Source: Thalia democratica
Lineage: Eukaryota
NCBI GenBank assembly: GCA_965202585.1
Contig: OZ241830.1
Coordinates: 58,218,001-58,282,000 of the forward strand
Reading direction: 5' to 3'
Length of the DNA stretch: 64,000 nt
A program made the translations under genes and the position numbers. The notes under the pieces were generated by a model, which saw nothing but the letters and a program-made list of their open reading frames with translations, had not been told where the DNA came from and searched no databases. Positions 25,604 through 40,600 of the stretch are shown here, one piece after another (the stretch's first letter is position 1; each line of letters begins with the position of its first letter).

Positions 25604-28600
25604 TTAGTGCACGTAAGATTTTTCTGGAACAAAGTATTTCTGGTGAATAGGATTTCTCAATGTGATTAAAACTGGCTGATATAAATTTGAAATTTGATCG
25701 AACCTGTTTAGAAAAAAATATATATTTACTAAACTTCATATGTAAATGTCGATAAAATTTACTACTTATAAAGTTATAAAAATCTTTACGTGACATTTAA
25801 ATTAGCAGTTATAACTTTTTACTTTACTGAAATGTTTAACTAGGTACATTTGGATAAAAAATATTTGTGCAGTTTAGTAACTTATATCTTAATCCTTATT
25901 TATTTTATGATATCTTTCAAAAGAAAGATACTTTTTGATAATTAAACTAAACTTCAATGTTTTCCTACTATGTTATTTTTTAGATTATCTTTGACAAGAG
26001 CAGTTTAAGTTTAACTTATTTATAAAATAATAAGTTTAATGTGAACTTGTATATTTACATTTAAGTAGTAGTATAATAAGCTATTAATTATTATTAAAAA
26101 AACTTTGGTATTTATAAAGATACATATATATATATATATATATATATTCATTTATTATTATGACGGCTTATATACTTTAAAAACTATACATACTTTATTT
26201 GGTTACATTAAATACTTTATTTGTTAGCATAAAACTTATTAAAAAAAGATTCAATTAAAAACTTAACTCTATTTATATCTTAAACAATCAAAAACAATTT
26301 GCTTCATATTCTAAAATCTAAATAACCGATACTTTAAACCTAACAGCATATTAATGTTTTTAAATTAGAAAGAAAAAATAATTTTAATTGTTTTCAATTT
26401 ATTTAATTTAATTTTTATTCAACAATAGTACATTCATTTAAACAAAAAACTGTAAAAGTGTTCATCTATAGTTATAATAATTAGTTTTTATAAATATTTT
26501 GTTGATTCTGATACAACAAAAATAAAGTTTTTTGAATTTATACATCATAACTTTATATGACCTATAAAAATAATTTAGATGTATCAATTAATTCAAAGTT
26601 AAAATACTATCGTACTTAACTTATGTATGTAAATGAAATTTTAACAAATTTCCTAATAAAAAATTATTGTACCAAAGATGTTTTATATAGAATATATTTT
26701 TAAAATGTTTCATAACTAAAAAAAAGTCTGAAAAAATATATTAACTTCATTTAACAACATTGTATCTACTTCCTACGCGGTCCAAATCCTACAATTAAGT
26801 ATGGTAAGCTCTAGCTTACATAAGAATTACTCCGATGTTCTCTTTAAGTATTCTAATGTTAAAAAAAGAACGAACCTGTCGGTTTGTTCGCACTCCAGAG
26901 GGCACATGGACACGTGGGAAGGGTTGAGTATGAGCTTGTTGGTGAAGGGAGCATTCAAATCGGGGTAGTTTTCATCGATGTTCAGTCTGTACTCCACTGC
27001 CAGCTTGTTGCTTCTCCTCGGCCTCCGTGATGTGTGAGTTTCACCGAGCCTTCTGATCGCCTGCGTGGTTTGTTTGTTTTACAAAAGACAGACAAGACAG
27101 ATTATTTAATAAAATAAATATGCTTCGAGCAATTCTCATCAGTAGAGTACAAAGCTAACAAGAGATAAAAAAGTTTAATCTTTTTGTTAAAAAAAAAACT
27201 TATCTCTTGCAAACTTAATCTACTGATAAGTGTTTTTCGAAGTATATTTAGTTTATAAAAAAAAGATGTCTTGTTTATGTTATTATGTATTTAATATTTT
27301 GTTTATTATGACACTTGAGCACCAATTAATACTTTTATAGGTATTTAACTAAATTAAACTATTTAAATAATAGTTTAATTGAACTTGTACTATCCTTTGT
27401 TTATTCTTGTTAGTATTATTAGTTTAGAGTTTTAAATAGATCACTTATTAAGATTATCTAAAAGAAACAGTATATCGAAAAAAAGACTAAAGAAGTTAAA
27501 AAAAACAAGATAGTTTTATTTAACATATATCTATTTATCAACACGATATACCTTTTTTTTGAAACTGTAAAATTTGGTAACTTCTCTTTTTTTAAATATT
27601 AATGAAATTAGTGCTAATTATACAAAGAATTTAAACAATTAAGTTTTTTTTAAACTCAATCAAAATAAATTCTGAATAATATCTTTAAAAAATTAAACAA
27701 ATTGAAAACCAGATTTCAAATATAGGTTTCAACAACAAATTAAAAATCTCACAATATTTTGTGGAGTGTAGTAAGGTAGAGCAACAACTGTATTTTTGTC
27801 AGATTTTAATATGCTCAGTTTTGCCACTTTTTCACGCATCTTTTCATTTTCATCAGCTATTTCGCAGAAATAATTCAAAATCTAAAAAAAAATATATGAA
27901 AAAAATTAAGCACATAATTACTGTTGTTATTGTTTATTCTACTACAGTACAGCTAAATTTTCAAAAACTTCAGAAGAAGTTAATATTAGTCGATAAATAA
28001 TGATTACAACTAGTCGTTTCAATGTCTTAGAGAACTAGAACCTCTTTAGTGAAACCAACAAGTTGTATAAATCTTATGACTTATAAATTTTAGCTTGGTA
28101 TACTAATTTACTTCTTTGAAACTTCAACAAATAGTTATAATTTAATATAATAATAGATTATAGAGATTGTTTAAAAGACAACGTTTTTGACAGCAGACAA
28201 AAATTTCAAAAAGTGAAATAAAAAAATTTTCAGTACAAAAAGTACTTCTATCAAGTTTATTTTGTCATCGATTTTGTCTTGCCGAACAGCCAGCAAATCG
28301 AACCGTTTCAGTTTGTTCAGGTCTTTTGCGTCACCCAGCGGATTTTTCACGCGCAATTTTCCTTCGACTTTTTTACCTTTCTTGAGATCATTGACTGCTT
28401 TGTTGTAATGGGCCTTCGATTAAAACAACTGTTATAATCAGTACACGTTTTCTTAAAATCAGAAAACAGCTATTATAAATAATAAACATTTTCTACATTT
28501 TTAGCTTGAATTCACAAGCAACATAAACATTTTAAAACTTAGTGAAACTTATTATTATATAAGAAAAATAATTGTTGCGTATTGATAAAAACATACTTTA

Positions 28601-31600
28601 AACTGGTCTGTCCAAGTGCCAATCCAGCGTACAACCAAATTTCTCAGTTGATCTTTCACTTTTATTTCTGAACCTTCTTTTATTTTCCACAACTCCCAAG
28701 AATCCAAGTCTTTCGAAAGGTAAGAATGCTCATCCTAAAGTGATATCATCCTTAGTTTATGACAAGAATTTTTTTTTTGAATAAGTTAATAACTAATAAT
28801 AATTAAATTCAACAAAAAAAATAATTGCTTGTACATTCATGTATAAATTGGAACTACATCACATGTGTTCTTTCAAGTATGCCGAATCAAAAAGGGATTT
28901 TGAAAACAATAAAAAAGTTTATGATGTAAAAACTTATAAAAAGAAAATCAATTTTTAAGTCTTTTTTTTTATTACCAAGTGTTTAAAATTTTTACTTTGT
29001 ATAGACGTAAGAACTAGCAACAAAACTAGAATTTTAAGAAATATAAAAAACAAACTTCTAATCCAATTTCATTTAAAGTTTCGATGACAAAACTTTTGTG
29101 AAATTCGTTTCCTTGCAGGTAACTTGTCAGCAACTCAACCACCAGCTGTTTGGGTTTTTTGCCGTCGACAACAGTTCTGTACAGTTTGAATGCCGCTTCT
29201 AAAAACTCACACTCTTTAGCAACCTGAGTCAGTATTACAAAAAGTTTACTCAACGTATTCAACTTAAAAAATCATCTTTAATGGTGGAATTCAAAAAAAA
29301 AAACTATGATTGTGTTATCCTACTGAAAAAAAAAACAATTTACGTTAGACTGCGCTGAAGAAATCATTTCAATCAAGGTTGATTCCAAAATTTGAGGGCA
29401 ATCTTCAAGATGTTGTTTGTACCAGAGAGAACGGAGCGCCTGGCAGATTTGCCTTCGTTCCCCCCAATCTTTTAAAGCGGCAAGTTGCGAGGTTATAGCT
29501 TCGAAGAATTTCATTGCAGTATAAGGGGGTTGCATATTCTAGTAATATTTATTAAATGTCAATTTAAAAAAAAATCACAAATTAAGAAAATATCTACTTT
29601 CTATTTAAAGTAATTGTGACACTCAGTCATTATTTAAATATAAAAATAATCATAAAGTCAGCTTCAGTTGAATATAAAAATATTGACTTTCTTAATGTCT
29701 CGCTTGTGGTGCAAATACCACGATTGATCTTCGAACATCTTCAAAAATTCGGGCTCCTCAGTTTTTTCGACAATTTTACTTATAGACTTTCTAGGCACCG
29801 GTCTGGGCGGCAACTTTTTAACTTGATGCTTGAGTTGCGACTTTCTTACGTTTGGAAGTGGCGGCGCGACTGGTTGATCTTGAGTGAGTTTAAGTTTATA
29901 AATTTAAATCACAAAAAAACAAAAAGCTAACAAAGTTAAACATAGTTATGGTAAGACCTTAACATTTAACATTAACGTCGTAAAGCTATTTCATAAGCAT
30001 GATTATTTTAATTGACTGAAAAGAGCAACTTACAACGACCAAAATTCTAACACGTTAAAAAATCACTTCCACAACAACCTTGCTGTTCCTCTTCAACGTG
30101 TTTCACGGCAGAAGGCTGCGGAGAGTTCTTCACGTTGCTGATCGCTTCCATCAGTTTGTTTTTGAGCGAGCTCCCGTCTTCTTCGTTGTCCGTCGCCTGG
30201 GATGAGTTCTGACTGACGTGGGAGCCCGTCGGACTCCCAGTGCGTTTCAAACCGGCTGCAATGTACAAAATAAAAAGTTTTCAAAATTAAAAACGTGTAC
30301 AAAAATTTAAAAAAGCAATGTTTCGGAGGTCACTTCACTGGATGAAAGTGAAAAATCGGTAGAACAAAAACAACGATAGATAAACATATACTTTTTTTAA
30401 TAATGAAGTTGAAAACAAATAAATGTGTTATGCAACCTGAAGGATTCATAGAAGTATCAACAGTAGACAGCAGTTGCATGCCTCTTAGTACTCGTAAGTT
30501 TTTTTCGTGACTGGTATATTCCGATATCTTTTAAAAATAGGAATATAAAACTTAAATTAAACAAATACATATGTATACTACAGATTGCTTAACAAAAAAG
30601 GTTATTAATGCTTAAATTTTATCAAAATTGCAAGAAAATAAACTTCAAAAATGAAACTTGAAAAAATATTTTTGTGTTTACTTTTAATTTATTGTTTAAG
30701 ATAAACTTTAAAAACAGGAGAAATGTTACAAAAGTTTTCAAATATTTCAAAACTTATTGGAAAAAGTAAGTTTCTCACAATAGTTTAATCTGAAACGTTT
30801 TAATTTACTTTAAACATATTAAGTTATTGGCGTATATTTGTAATTCTCAATCTAACAATTACTACTCAAACAGGGAAACTTTCGAAATGTTCACAATAAA
30901 CAATCTTACTGATTCGCTGATAATGTGCACGGAGTCTACATTCTTTTCGAATTGTTCTTTTTGCGCTTCGAAACACTGCTGAGGCCACAGGAGCCTCACG
31001 AGTATCGAGTTGGGAATGTAAGATCTCGGGTGAAGTAGGTAGCCTTTCTTCTCCACATCCGGGCCACTTTCTAATCGATTTTCTTTCTGTTTGAAAGTAT
31101 AAAAAGCGTTTCAAATGTATACTTTCCACACTCGTTATTGAAAAAATACAAATCATTGTTTGTCAGCTTTAAATTGTTCAATTTTTTCTAATTTTTTTTA
31201 ATTTAAAGTTTAGCTCTAAGATATCAATAACACAACTGAAATAGTCTGGCAAAGTAAAAGTAGAAGTATATACAAATAAAAATAAAAGAGATCATCGGAA
31301 CTTATAACTTTCTATGCGCAGTTTTCTGATTTTTCGGGATAATTAAATGTTAAAAAGTATGTTGGAAAACAAAATCTAAAATGAATAGTTTGTTCAGCTG
31401 ATTAGGTCTTTTAACATAACTTTTGTTAAATGGGTCATTACAGATTTTCGAAAACAAAAACTTCTTAAATGGAAAAAAATAAAGTAATCATACAACGTAT
31501 AATTTACAAGTATTCAACTCTGCTTAGTTTGTTGTCTAGAAGAAATTTATAACTTTGAAAATTATTTTAAATACCATATATCTTTGATCGAATGGAATCA

Positions 31601-34600
31601 TTTCTAAAATACCCTCAACACAATATAATTTTTTTTTAATTGGGTAAAGACTACTAAATTAAAAAAAAACAAATAAAATAAATCAATAACCCAAGTGTTT
31701 TCTTCCAGCATATCTTGTAATGGCTTAGCTGACTTCACGGAAGGGAAAAACCCATGACGTTTGTCTGATCCTTTGTATCTTTGTTTAGGACCTGAATAGG
31801 AACAAGCGTTGATTTATAAGTCTTGTAACATTTAACTTTGGGTTGTTTAATTTTTAATAAATAAATTCGTTTATTTAATATAAAGATTGTGATACTAAAA
31901 AAAAATTAAATAAGTTTTAGTCACAAGTATTTAAAATGACTTTTTTTATAATAAATTATCAAAAGTTCAACTAAAAATCTTTAAAGAGCGCTTAACCGTA
32001 AAACTGTACTTAACTTTAAGTTTCAAGAGTGCTAAATGAAGCTAATCAAAAAAGTACATTGAACAATTTAAACAAAAAGTATATACAAAAGAACCAAATA
32101 TGTAAAAACGAACTTTGCGGCTTTTCCTTGGGTGGGTTCGGATTACTTTCAAACAAATTAGCAGCACTCTCTTGGCTTTCAACCTGAAACAAAATATTTT
32201 CATTAAACTGAAACACAAATATTTTTTAAAATCTTATTAACCATCAAACAAACCTTATGCACGGGGCGATGGTGCCAGAGGTCCATGTACTTTTTGAACA
32301 CCCGAGACCTCACCTTGGTCCTCGCCTTCCTCTGCGACCGCTTCGACGTGATCACCCCGTCCCTCAGGTCGACTATCTCCTGCTCCCTCGTCCTGATCTT
32401 CGCCATCTGCTCCTCCTTGCACTCCTGGTCCCACGACTTCTCCATCGAGCCGAACTCGAACGAGTAGCTGGTCAAGTTTACAATAAAAGTAAAAAAAACT
32501 GAAAAGAAACTCGTATACCTAACAGCTAATGGTTTTAATTTTTAGAACAAAAGTAACTTTCTGTACTAAAAAACTTTCGTAGCTGTATTTTGCAAACTCA
32601 ACTTTCAGACAAACTTCTTAAAATTATTTTCAAATACGCAACCAAAAAATTATCTTTAGTTAATTCTTTAAAATAAACTTTTTGTAGCCGGACTTGCAGT
32701 ACGCAAAATAAAAATTTCAAGACACTTGATTACCGTGAAAATTATTAATATTTTTCCAATTCAAACTGAATTATTGAAAACAGTTCACACTTTTTGTAGC
32801 TGGACTTGGCCACGATCAGCTTGTCCTTGTGCTTGTCGGGCAAACTCTCGTACAAGACCCTGTTCCTCGCGAACTCGTACTCCTTATTCTGCCGCCGCAC
32901 ATCTATGCAGGCCAACTTGAGTGCGTAGATGAGCGGCAGGTACGAGCTTCCTTTTATCAGGTGGATGTTCCCTTCCAATCCCACCAGGATGTCTCCTCGC
33001 TCGTTGCAGAAGCAGATGCTGTGCGGCGCTCCGTTCAGTTTCAGCTTCCTGGTTTAAAGAAAAAAAAAAATTTTTCATTGGCATGGTGAGTTTTTGTTGC
33101 TAAAGTAAAAACTGGGTTTAAAATTAGTATGAAGCAAAATATGTATAACAATAAGAGCTCAAAAAACATGAAATAAAAAAAACTATTGACAAACTTAATG
33201 CAATTAACATTTTGGAAATAGTCATGAAATAAAAACAGAAATCTTTTAAAAAATCAAACAACCTAATCAGACAGTTTTCTTCATTCCAAATATGTATGGA
33301 CCCGTCCTTGCTGCAAGTGGCGACCAGGTTCAACTTTTTCAAGCAGGAAATTCCGGTGAGCTCGTTCGTGTGATCGAAATCAGGCTCGTGATCGAACCTG
33401 GCTGTTGTGCAAATATTGTTTTTACAAGTATTATAAATGTAATAATATTAAAATAAAGTAGTATAAATTTAGTGAATAATATTAAAATGCTGTTTTTATG
33501 AATATAATTAATATGTTTTTAACTTTTTGATTTTGCAAACTGTTCTAGAATCAAATACAACTAATCTGGTTTAAGACAACATTGATAGTCATGTTTTATT
33601 TTTTAGTCTCTGACCATAAGGTTATGTAAACGCTAAAAAACAAATTTAAAATGAGACAGCATGCTTTTTTTTTGTATTAAGCATTATGCAAATGCAATTC
33701 CTTTGAAGATACACTGAGGATTTGCAATTTAGCTTGTTTATTAAGTTAAAGTCGCTATAGCATTAAACAAAAAATTAAAATGATATGGATTGTTTTGGTT
33801 TTTAACCACTGATAAGAAAACTAATGTAAATGAGAAATGGCGTAGATGAATGAAGTTTAAATAGCATGCTTTTTATTTTTGAAAATAATTTGTTTGATGA
33901 TAATCTATTGATATTACGATTTTTGCCACAATTTTCATATAAAAAAGTATCAAGTACAAATTAACACTATAAATGTTATTACTTGTGATATTTGTTTGCT
34001 TAAGTTTGGCTCTTCAAGACTTATTAAATACCCAACCACGTTATCTAAAATTGTACTTAGCTTGACTGGTAAAAACATTTCAGTTTCTTTTACTTTAAAG
34101 AATAAGAGTAAGCTAAGTAAAGTAATAAATAAAGTTAGAACCACTAAGCTGTAGTTGAACGTTAACTAAGCCTGATCTGAACTATTCTTTAAAATTCATT
34201 TTGTTGTCAAAGTGCTTCTTGTTACAAAAAGAAGAAAAGTAGTATGACCAAAATTATTTTTAATACTTAAGATTAACAGCAGTAATTAAAGTATTACAAA
34301 ATATCCATTAAAAAACCTTTATTTTTCATGTTGTAGTGAACGGTGGTGAAGGTGGCATTTTCTTCCTGTTGAAAGCCGACGATTAGAATGTCATGCGAGG
34401 TAACAGCGACCCTAGTGGCCACTTGTGCGCAGAAGAACGTGGTAAAAAGGTCGAAGGGCTCGACCCTGGTGTTCGGGTAAACCTTCCACACTTTGACCAA
34501 CTTGTCTGTTGAAATTTGAATAAAGGTTAAACAGTTTATCTAAAAATACCCGTTTTAAGGTGTACATTTTATACGTTTTATGTCTTAAAATAAACTGTTT

Positions 34601-37600
34601 TTTACAAGCAACTGGTATTTATAAAGTAAAAATTTTGAAGTTTTCAAGTAAAAAAACAATGCAATACAAATTTAACAACTTTTTACAATAAAAAATAATT
34701 CTAGAAAAAAAATATTAAATACTTTAACAGTTTTTATAAAACTTTATAAAAGTAGCATGAGTTTTATACAACCACGGTCCAACCTGCTCCAGACGTTATG
34801 ATTTCTTTGCTTCTGACGTTGGAAACGATTTTAACTATCTTGGAAGTGTGGGACTGCACGCTGTACTGCACGCTACCCGTGTTTAAATCGAGAACCACTA
34901 TGTTCCCACTTTCAGTGCCGCCTATCAGCAGTATCGAGTAACCGTACCTGTTGCATAAAACGTTAGTTTTTTTAAAGAAAATATGTAAGACTTTGCACTT
35001 GAAAAGTCTATGTATAAGTTTGATAAATAAAAAAATTGAGAATTTAGTGCATTATAAATAGCGCAACTATAGTATAATTCAACCTAGTTTTTCAATAATT
35101 AAACATACTTATTTAGGACGTGAAGTATTATTTTTTTAACAAAAAACACTTGCACTCACGAAAGTTTTTTTACGATGTGTTAAAGTACCAGAAGGACTCT
35201 AAATATTAAAGTATAGAGTCGAAAGATAAAAAAAAATCTAAAAAGTATTGAACGAAGACCTAACTTAAAAAAAAGAGCAAGCTGATTTCTAAAATCAATT
35301 TAAAACTCTAACTTGAATTTTCTCTTAATGTCTTCGTTTTTAACACCCAGCCTAATTTGATTCCAGGTATCATTCAACTCAGCTTCATCTACTATGTTCT
35401 CGTAAAGCTCCAAACAGGTAAGTTTTTCATCTAAAACATTAAATAATTAATGTAAATATTTGTTTTTTTTCAGTCAACATCAGTTGTCGCTTTGTATAAA
35501 AACAAGCATATGCTTGTGGTAAAAAATTTCAAATTTTTTTACAATTAAAAAAGTAAATGAATTATAATACAGAGACAAAAAATTGTATCATTAGAAAAAT
35601 AAATTATGACTGATGAACAAAGCATATGAGTAAGCTATCTTCCGACAGAACTTTTTTTTTTGATTATATAAAATTCAATTTAAAACAGGCAATAAGGCAT
35701 AGTCTTAAAACTTGACTGCATACTATCTATAAAAAAATCTATACTTATTGTGTAAACAAACAATAGTTTACATTCGCTTCAGATTTAAAGCCTTCAAGTC
35801 ATCATCAGACTAACCTAAACTTTTTGTCTTAGGAAAACTTGAAGCATAAAACTTTTAGTTCGGAAAATATTGTTAATATTTGTTAATATTTGTTTACACT
35901 ATGCACATATGTCGCTTTACTTTATTTATTAAGCATAGATAACTACCAACCAAGCTTAAAACACACTATCGAATAAAACACTTTATACGTGGATGATTAG
36001 CAGCTAATTAGTAACAGAAACTATACTTTATTTTGACGAAAAATTGAAGTGTAAAAATTTAAGTCCGAAACATATGAAAACAATTGTTTTGTTTCTACCA
36101 CAAAAACAAAGTATACATCACTTTAAACCAAATTTAAATAAAAGAACATAACATCTAATAAAAGTTTTACGTACAAAAAATCAGAAACCAATAAGCAACA
36201 GAAACCTCCATCAAATTTGAAAAGAAACTCGACGCCGGCAGGGCTCTTCAGCGTGCTGGCCCGATAAAGCCCCCCGTCACCGTAAACAGCATAAATCGAT
36301 TCCAGTGGCAGGCAGTAGACTGCGTCGACGATCTCGTTGTCATCACAACCGGCTTTCTGATCGCAAGGTGGCAGCATCGTGGTGAGTATGGTGCCGTCTA
36401 GCGGAGAAACGAGTCGCACCGATCCGTCGTTTCCGCAACACAAAACTCGGTCGACCAACTGAAAAGGATTTAGAAATTTTTGTTGTTTTTTTTGATAAAG
36501 ACAAAAACAAGTATAATAAGCAGCTTTTTTCAAGTACTATTATACATTAGCTTTTATTACTTAGAACTGTTTCGTATTGATTCAAATTTATTACATGTGA
36601 CAAAAGTTAAATAATTTATGCACAAAGGTTTAATTTATTTGTAAATACAGTTGTAAAAAAAAAACAGCAAAGTATTTATCAATAAAAACTATCGAAGTAT
36701 TTACATTTCTATATTCGTACATTTCCATTTTTTTCACTGAATAACTGTGAAAAAAAATTTATTGTATATGTGTTATTAATTTAGCACAGAGAAACGTGCG
36801 TAAATTCAATAAATCAAGTAATTTTCAAGATGTTGTTATTGCTTTATTCCAACGAGCTTGTTTTTCGCATCTTTATTATAAAGTTTATTATAAGTTGGTA
36901 AATTTTGAACATTTATTAGCAAGATTTAAGTCTAAAAATTTGCAAAAAAATTTTTGAACTAATATTAATAAGAAAATTAACTATATTGTTTATTAAACGA
37001 CAAAAAAAAATACGCTCAAAAGGTTTGGTCCAAGGACCTGGTGTACAAAAAAAACCTTTCGGTTATCGAGTCATACACCAGAACAGTTTAACGTCATGCC
37101 CAGGACATATAATCAACTCTTTTCTCTAATTACCCAATCGTAGTAAAAATTTGATGAAGATGCGTGACTTTCCATATGTCAACAAATTTGCTGGAGTAAG
37201 TAAAAAGTTTGTTGCTGTCAGAACTTGCGTACAATCCCAACAACTTGTCATCTGCTTCTATTCTATTAATTATGCTTTGTTATTAGAAAACTGCGAAAAA
37301 AACTTACTTCAACACGTAAATAGAAAATCACAGAAATTTTTGGCGCGTTATAGCCTTTTTAAGATAATGTAAGGATTATAAGCATAAAATTGAAAGATTA
37401 AGAAAAAAAATGCAAAGTGATTTATTTCAAAACCAAAACTTTAAAATCAAACTCACAAGTCAACCTCGTCAGAACTTTCTAAACTCCAAACTCTGATAGT
37501 TTTATCATAAGATGCAGACATTATGTATGGACCCTAGCAAAAAACTATATCTATTAAACTTTGTTATTTTACGCAGAAAATGTAAGTTTTTTTGAAAACG

Positions 37601-40600
37601 CATCAAAAATTGCTTTAAAAAAAAAATTATAAAACTAAATTTTTGCATGACAAACATTATTCTTTTGAATTAATAAACTTGTAAGAAAAATTACTTTAAA
37701 ACAAAATACTAAAAAAGCAACTATACCTTTAATACTAAGATTTAAAAGAACAATATTTAGTAAACTACAAAAATTTATTTTACGATCATTTAAAGTGTAT
37801 AGATTTGTATTGAAATTAAAAAGTATGTTTAGAAAACAATTGAAAACTAAAACTGCAAAAAAATCGAACTTGGGGATACACGTTCAAGCTCATGACCGGT
37901 TTGATGTGACCGACGAATACCAATTTAATTTCGAAATCTTCAGTCCAGACCTTGATTGATCCGTCGCGTGATCCTGTCACTATGTTGTTTGTTGGTGCAA
38001 AGTAGAGTATGCTGTTTGAATAATTTGTTGTGATTCCTTCGTTGATGTTTGATAAAAGAAAAAAGCAATATTTCGCAAACAAATTGATGGTAGTAATAGT
38101 TTGTAAAAATTTATAAAAGATATGTAATCAAATTCCACAAGACGCAAAAGTATTTATCAAAATAAAAAGCTAAAACTTTATAGCTATTTATTTGCAAAAA
38201 AATAATATTTGCAAAAAATGGAAAATAGAGATATAGTGATAAACAAAAAGTTTATTTTAGTTAAAAAAATAAATGTAACGTTATTACTTACCTAGTTATT
38301 TTCTTTATGTGCAAATTTCGTCTCACTTCGAGTAAACGGTGTTGCTTGACGTCAAAAACCTAGATTTTATATCAAGTTCTTGAAAAAATATTTTAAACTT
38401 ATCTTATATTAAATGTCTTTCAAAACTAACAGCATAAAATGTTTTTAACGTATACAAAAACAAAAGTAAATGTCTTTTTACACACTTTGCATGTAAAATA
38501 AAACAATGTTACTCAAAATACTTAAACTATAAATATTTGTATTATGATAATTCAAAAACAATAGAGATATTTTTACATTAACTGTTAACTTAACTAAGAG
38601 TATTTGTGAAATAAAAGAAAGTTACTAAAACTAGTCATAATCAGACACAACTTAAATTAACCCTTTTATTATTTGTTTTTTAAAAAAATTCAGATTTAAG
38701 TATTCAATGCTGAACACAAATTAACTAAGTAACAATATAATTTTTTTTGATAAAAGTATAGTGTTTAGTTTAGTGTCTTTTTTTTACTTTTTGATATACA
38801 CTTAAATTTCAATACCTTTAACAACTCAGTTTTGATTAATATATTAAGGTTAGATATCATTAGAATGGACAACTAAATACTTTTTATTCAGAAAGTTAAA
38901 TGCTTTGTAAAATGTAATATTTACTTCTTTAAAAACTAATGTTTGTATTATAATTTTAATCATTCAAATAAATTAAAGAATTGAGATAATGGTTAAACAA
39001 AAAGAATTATAATATGAACAGAATAAGCTGTAAAAATTTGCTTTTCTTTTTTTTGCTCATTATATAGAACAATTATAATTTATGTTTGATAAATCTTATA
39101 AGGTTTCATATATAAGACTTCGTTTTCTATTTATTAAAATATAGTGTAACAAATTTATAATTAAATGATAACTTTTTAGCATTGGTTTTTAAGCAATTTG
39201 TTCAGTAATCTACATGTTTTTTTTTAAGTTACACATTTGATAATACTACTTTCATTAAACATTGAAAAATTGATAGATTATTAATCAGATAAATAAGGTA
39301 AGTTCTAATATCACAGTTTAGTCACGAGCATATACAAACTGTTTTATTAAAATTTCATTGTTTGAAAACAAGGGAAATATCAAACAAAAAAAAGAATTCT
39401 AAAGTTTAAATTTATTTGTAACAAAATTTTAGCGTTTAAATTATAGAAAGAGTACGTACAATTGTAGTTCTCCTACACTTGAGTATTCAAAACATAGCAT
39501 TTAACCTATAAGTTTCTTGTAAACCGTAAAGTATAAGTATTAATAAAAAAACTATATAAACTATTACAAGTTTTTATAATTAAGAAAAATGATTCAGTTA
39601 ATAAGTAAACAGTTTTTGTTTTGTTTTTGATTAACCACTTACTTTCTTTTTTAGTTATAACAACGCTAGAAATTATTTAAGTTAATAAAATGTGATTTAT
39701 TTCCAATTTCACAAAAAATGAAATAAACTTAAGCAAGAAATCATTACTGAAACCAGTTTTATTTTATTACCGCAATAGAGCTTCCTGAAACAGCAAAACA
39801 TTTTTGATGTTCTTCAGTTGATGGTTGTAACACAATTTTATGAAAATCATCGAGTTGTATGTCGTCATTTTTAATTGCATGGCCAAGAATTAAGTACACA
39901 CCAGCGTAGCGAAATTGAAAAATCTATTAAGATGCTTAGTTTTCATTAAGTTTTGATTAAAAAGAAGCTTTAAGTTATACAATTCGATACAAGGTTTTAA
40001 TCTTTAATAAAGAAAGCAACAAAGTCTTTTAAAATACTATTTTAAAAACTTGTATGTTTTTCTTCAGATAGCGCAGTTTATAAAATGTAGTGTTTGAGGG
40101 TGTTTACATTTACAATAGATATCTATAATATAATAATTCAACAAATATATAGAACTTAGAACAAAAAGTAAAATTTCATTTTAAAAGAACTTGAATAAAC
40201 TTCACTACAAATGTTCTAAAAACATTTAGTGTTTAAAAGTAAGTAAAAACACATAATTAATCCTGAAATAATTTAAAGACTTACAGAAAGGTTTCCTTTT
40301 CCTCCGGTAATCACATTACTACAATACTCATTGTAGCAAAAGCTGTGAAGTAATAAAAAAATAGTTGTTTTCAAAAATCTATTTATTTATTCAAATAAAA
40401 AATCATAACTTACCATGAAATCTCATTTTTGGAATAAGTTGTAGCAACGACTTGAAATTCTTTGTTAAATATCTAAATAAAGTATATGTTTCTAAAAACA
40501 ACTTTTAAAAATATCATAACTATTTTTAACTTTGTACTCCAACATACCTTTATAGTTTTACTGTCTATTAGACCTAGATAGTTGTAATATTTTGTATTCA

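Noticed and set aside
27110-27250. CTGATGA..GAAG on the minus strand
   Set aside because: No GAAA or valid stems; it is explained by a small imperfect palindrome.
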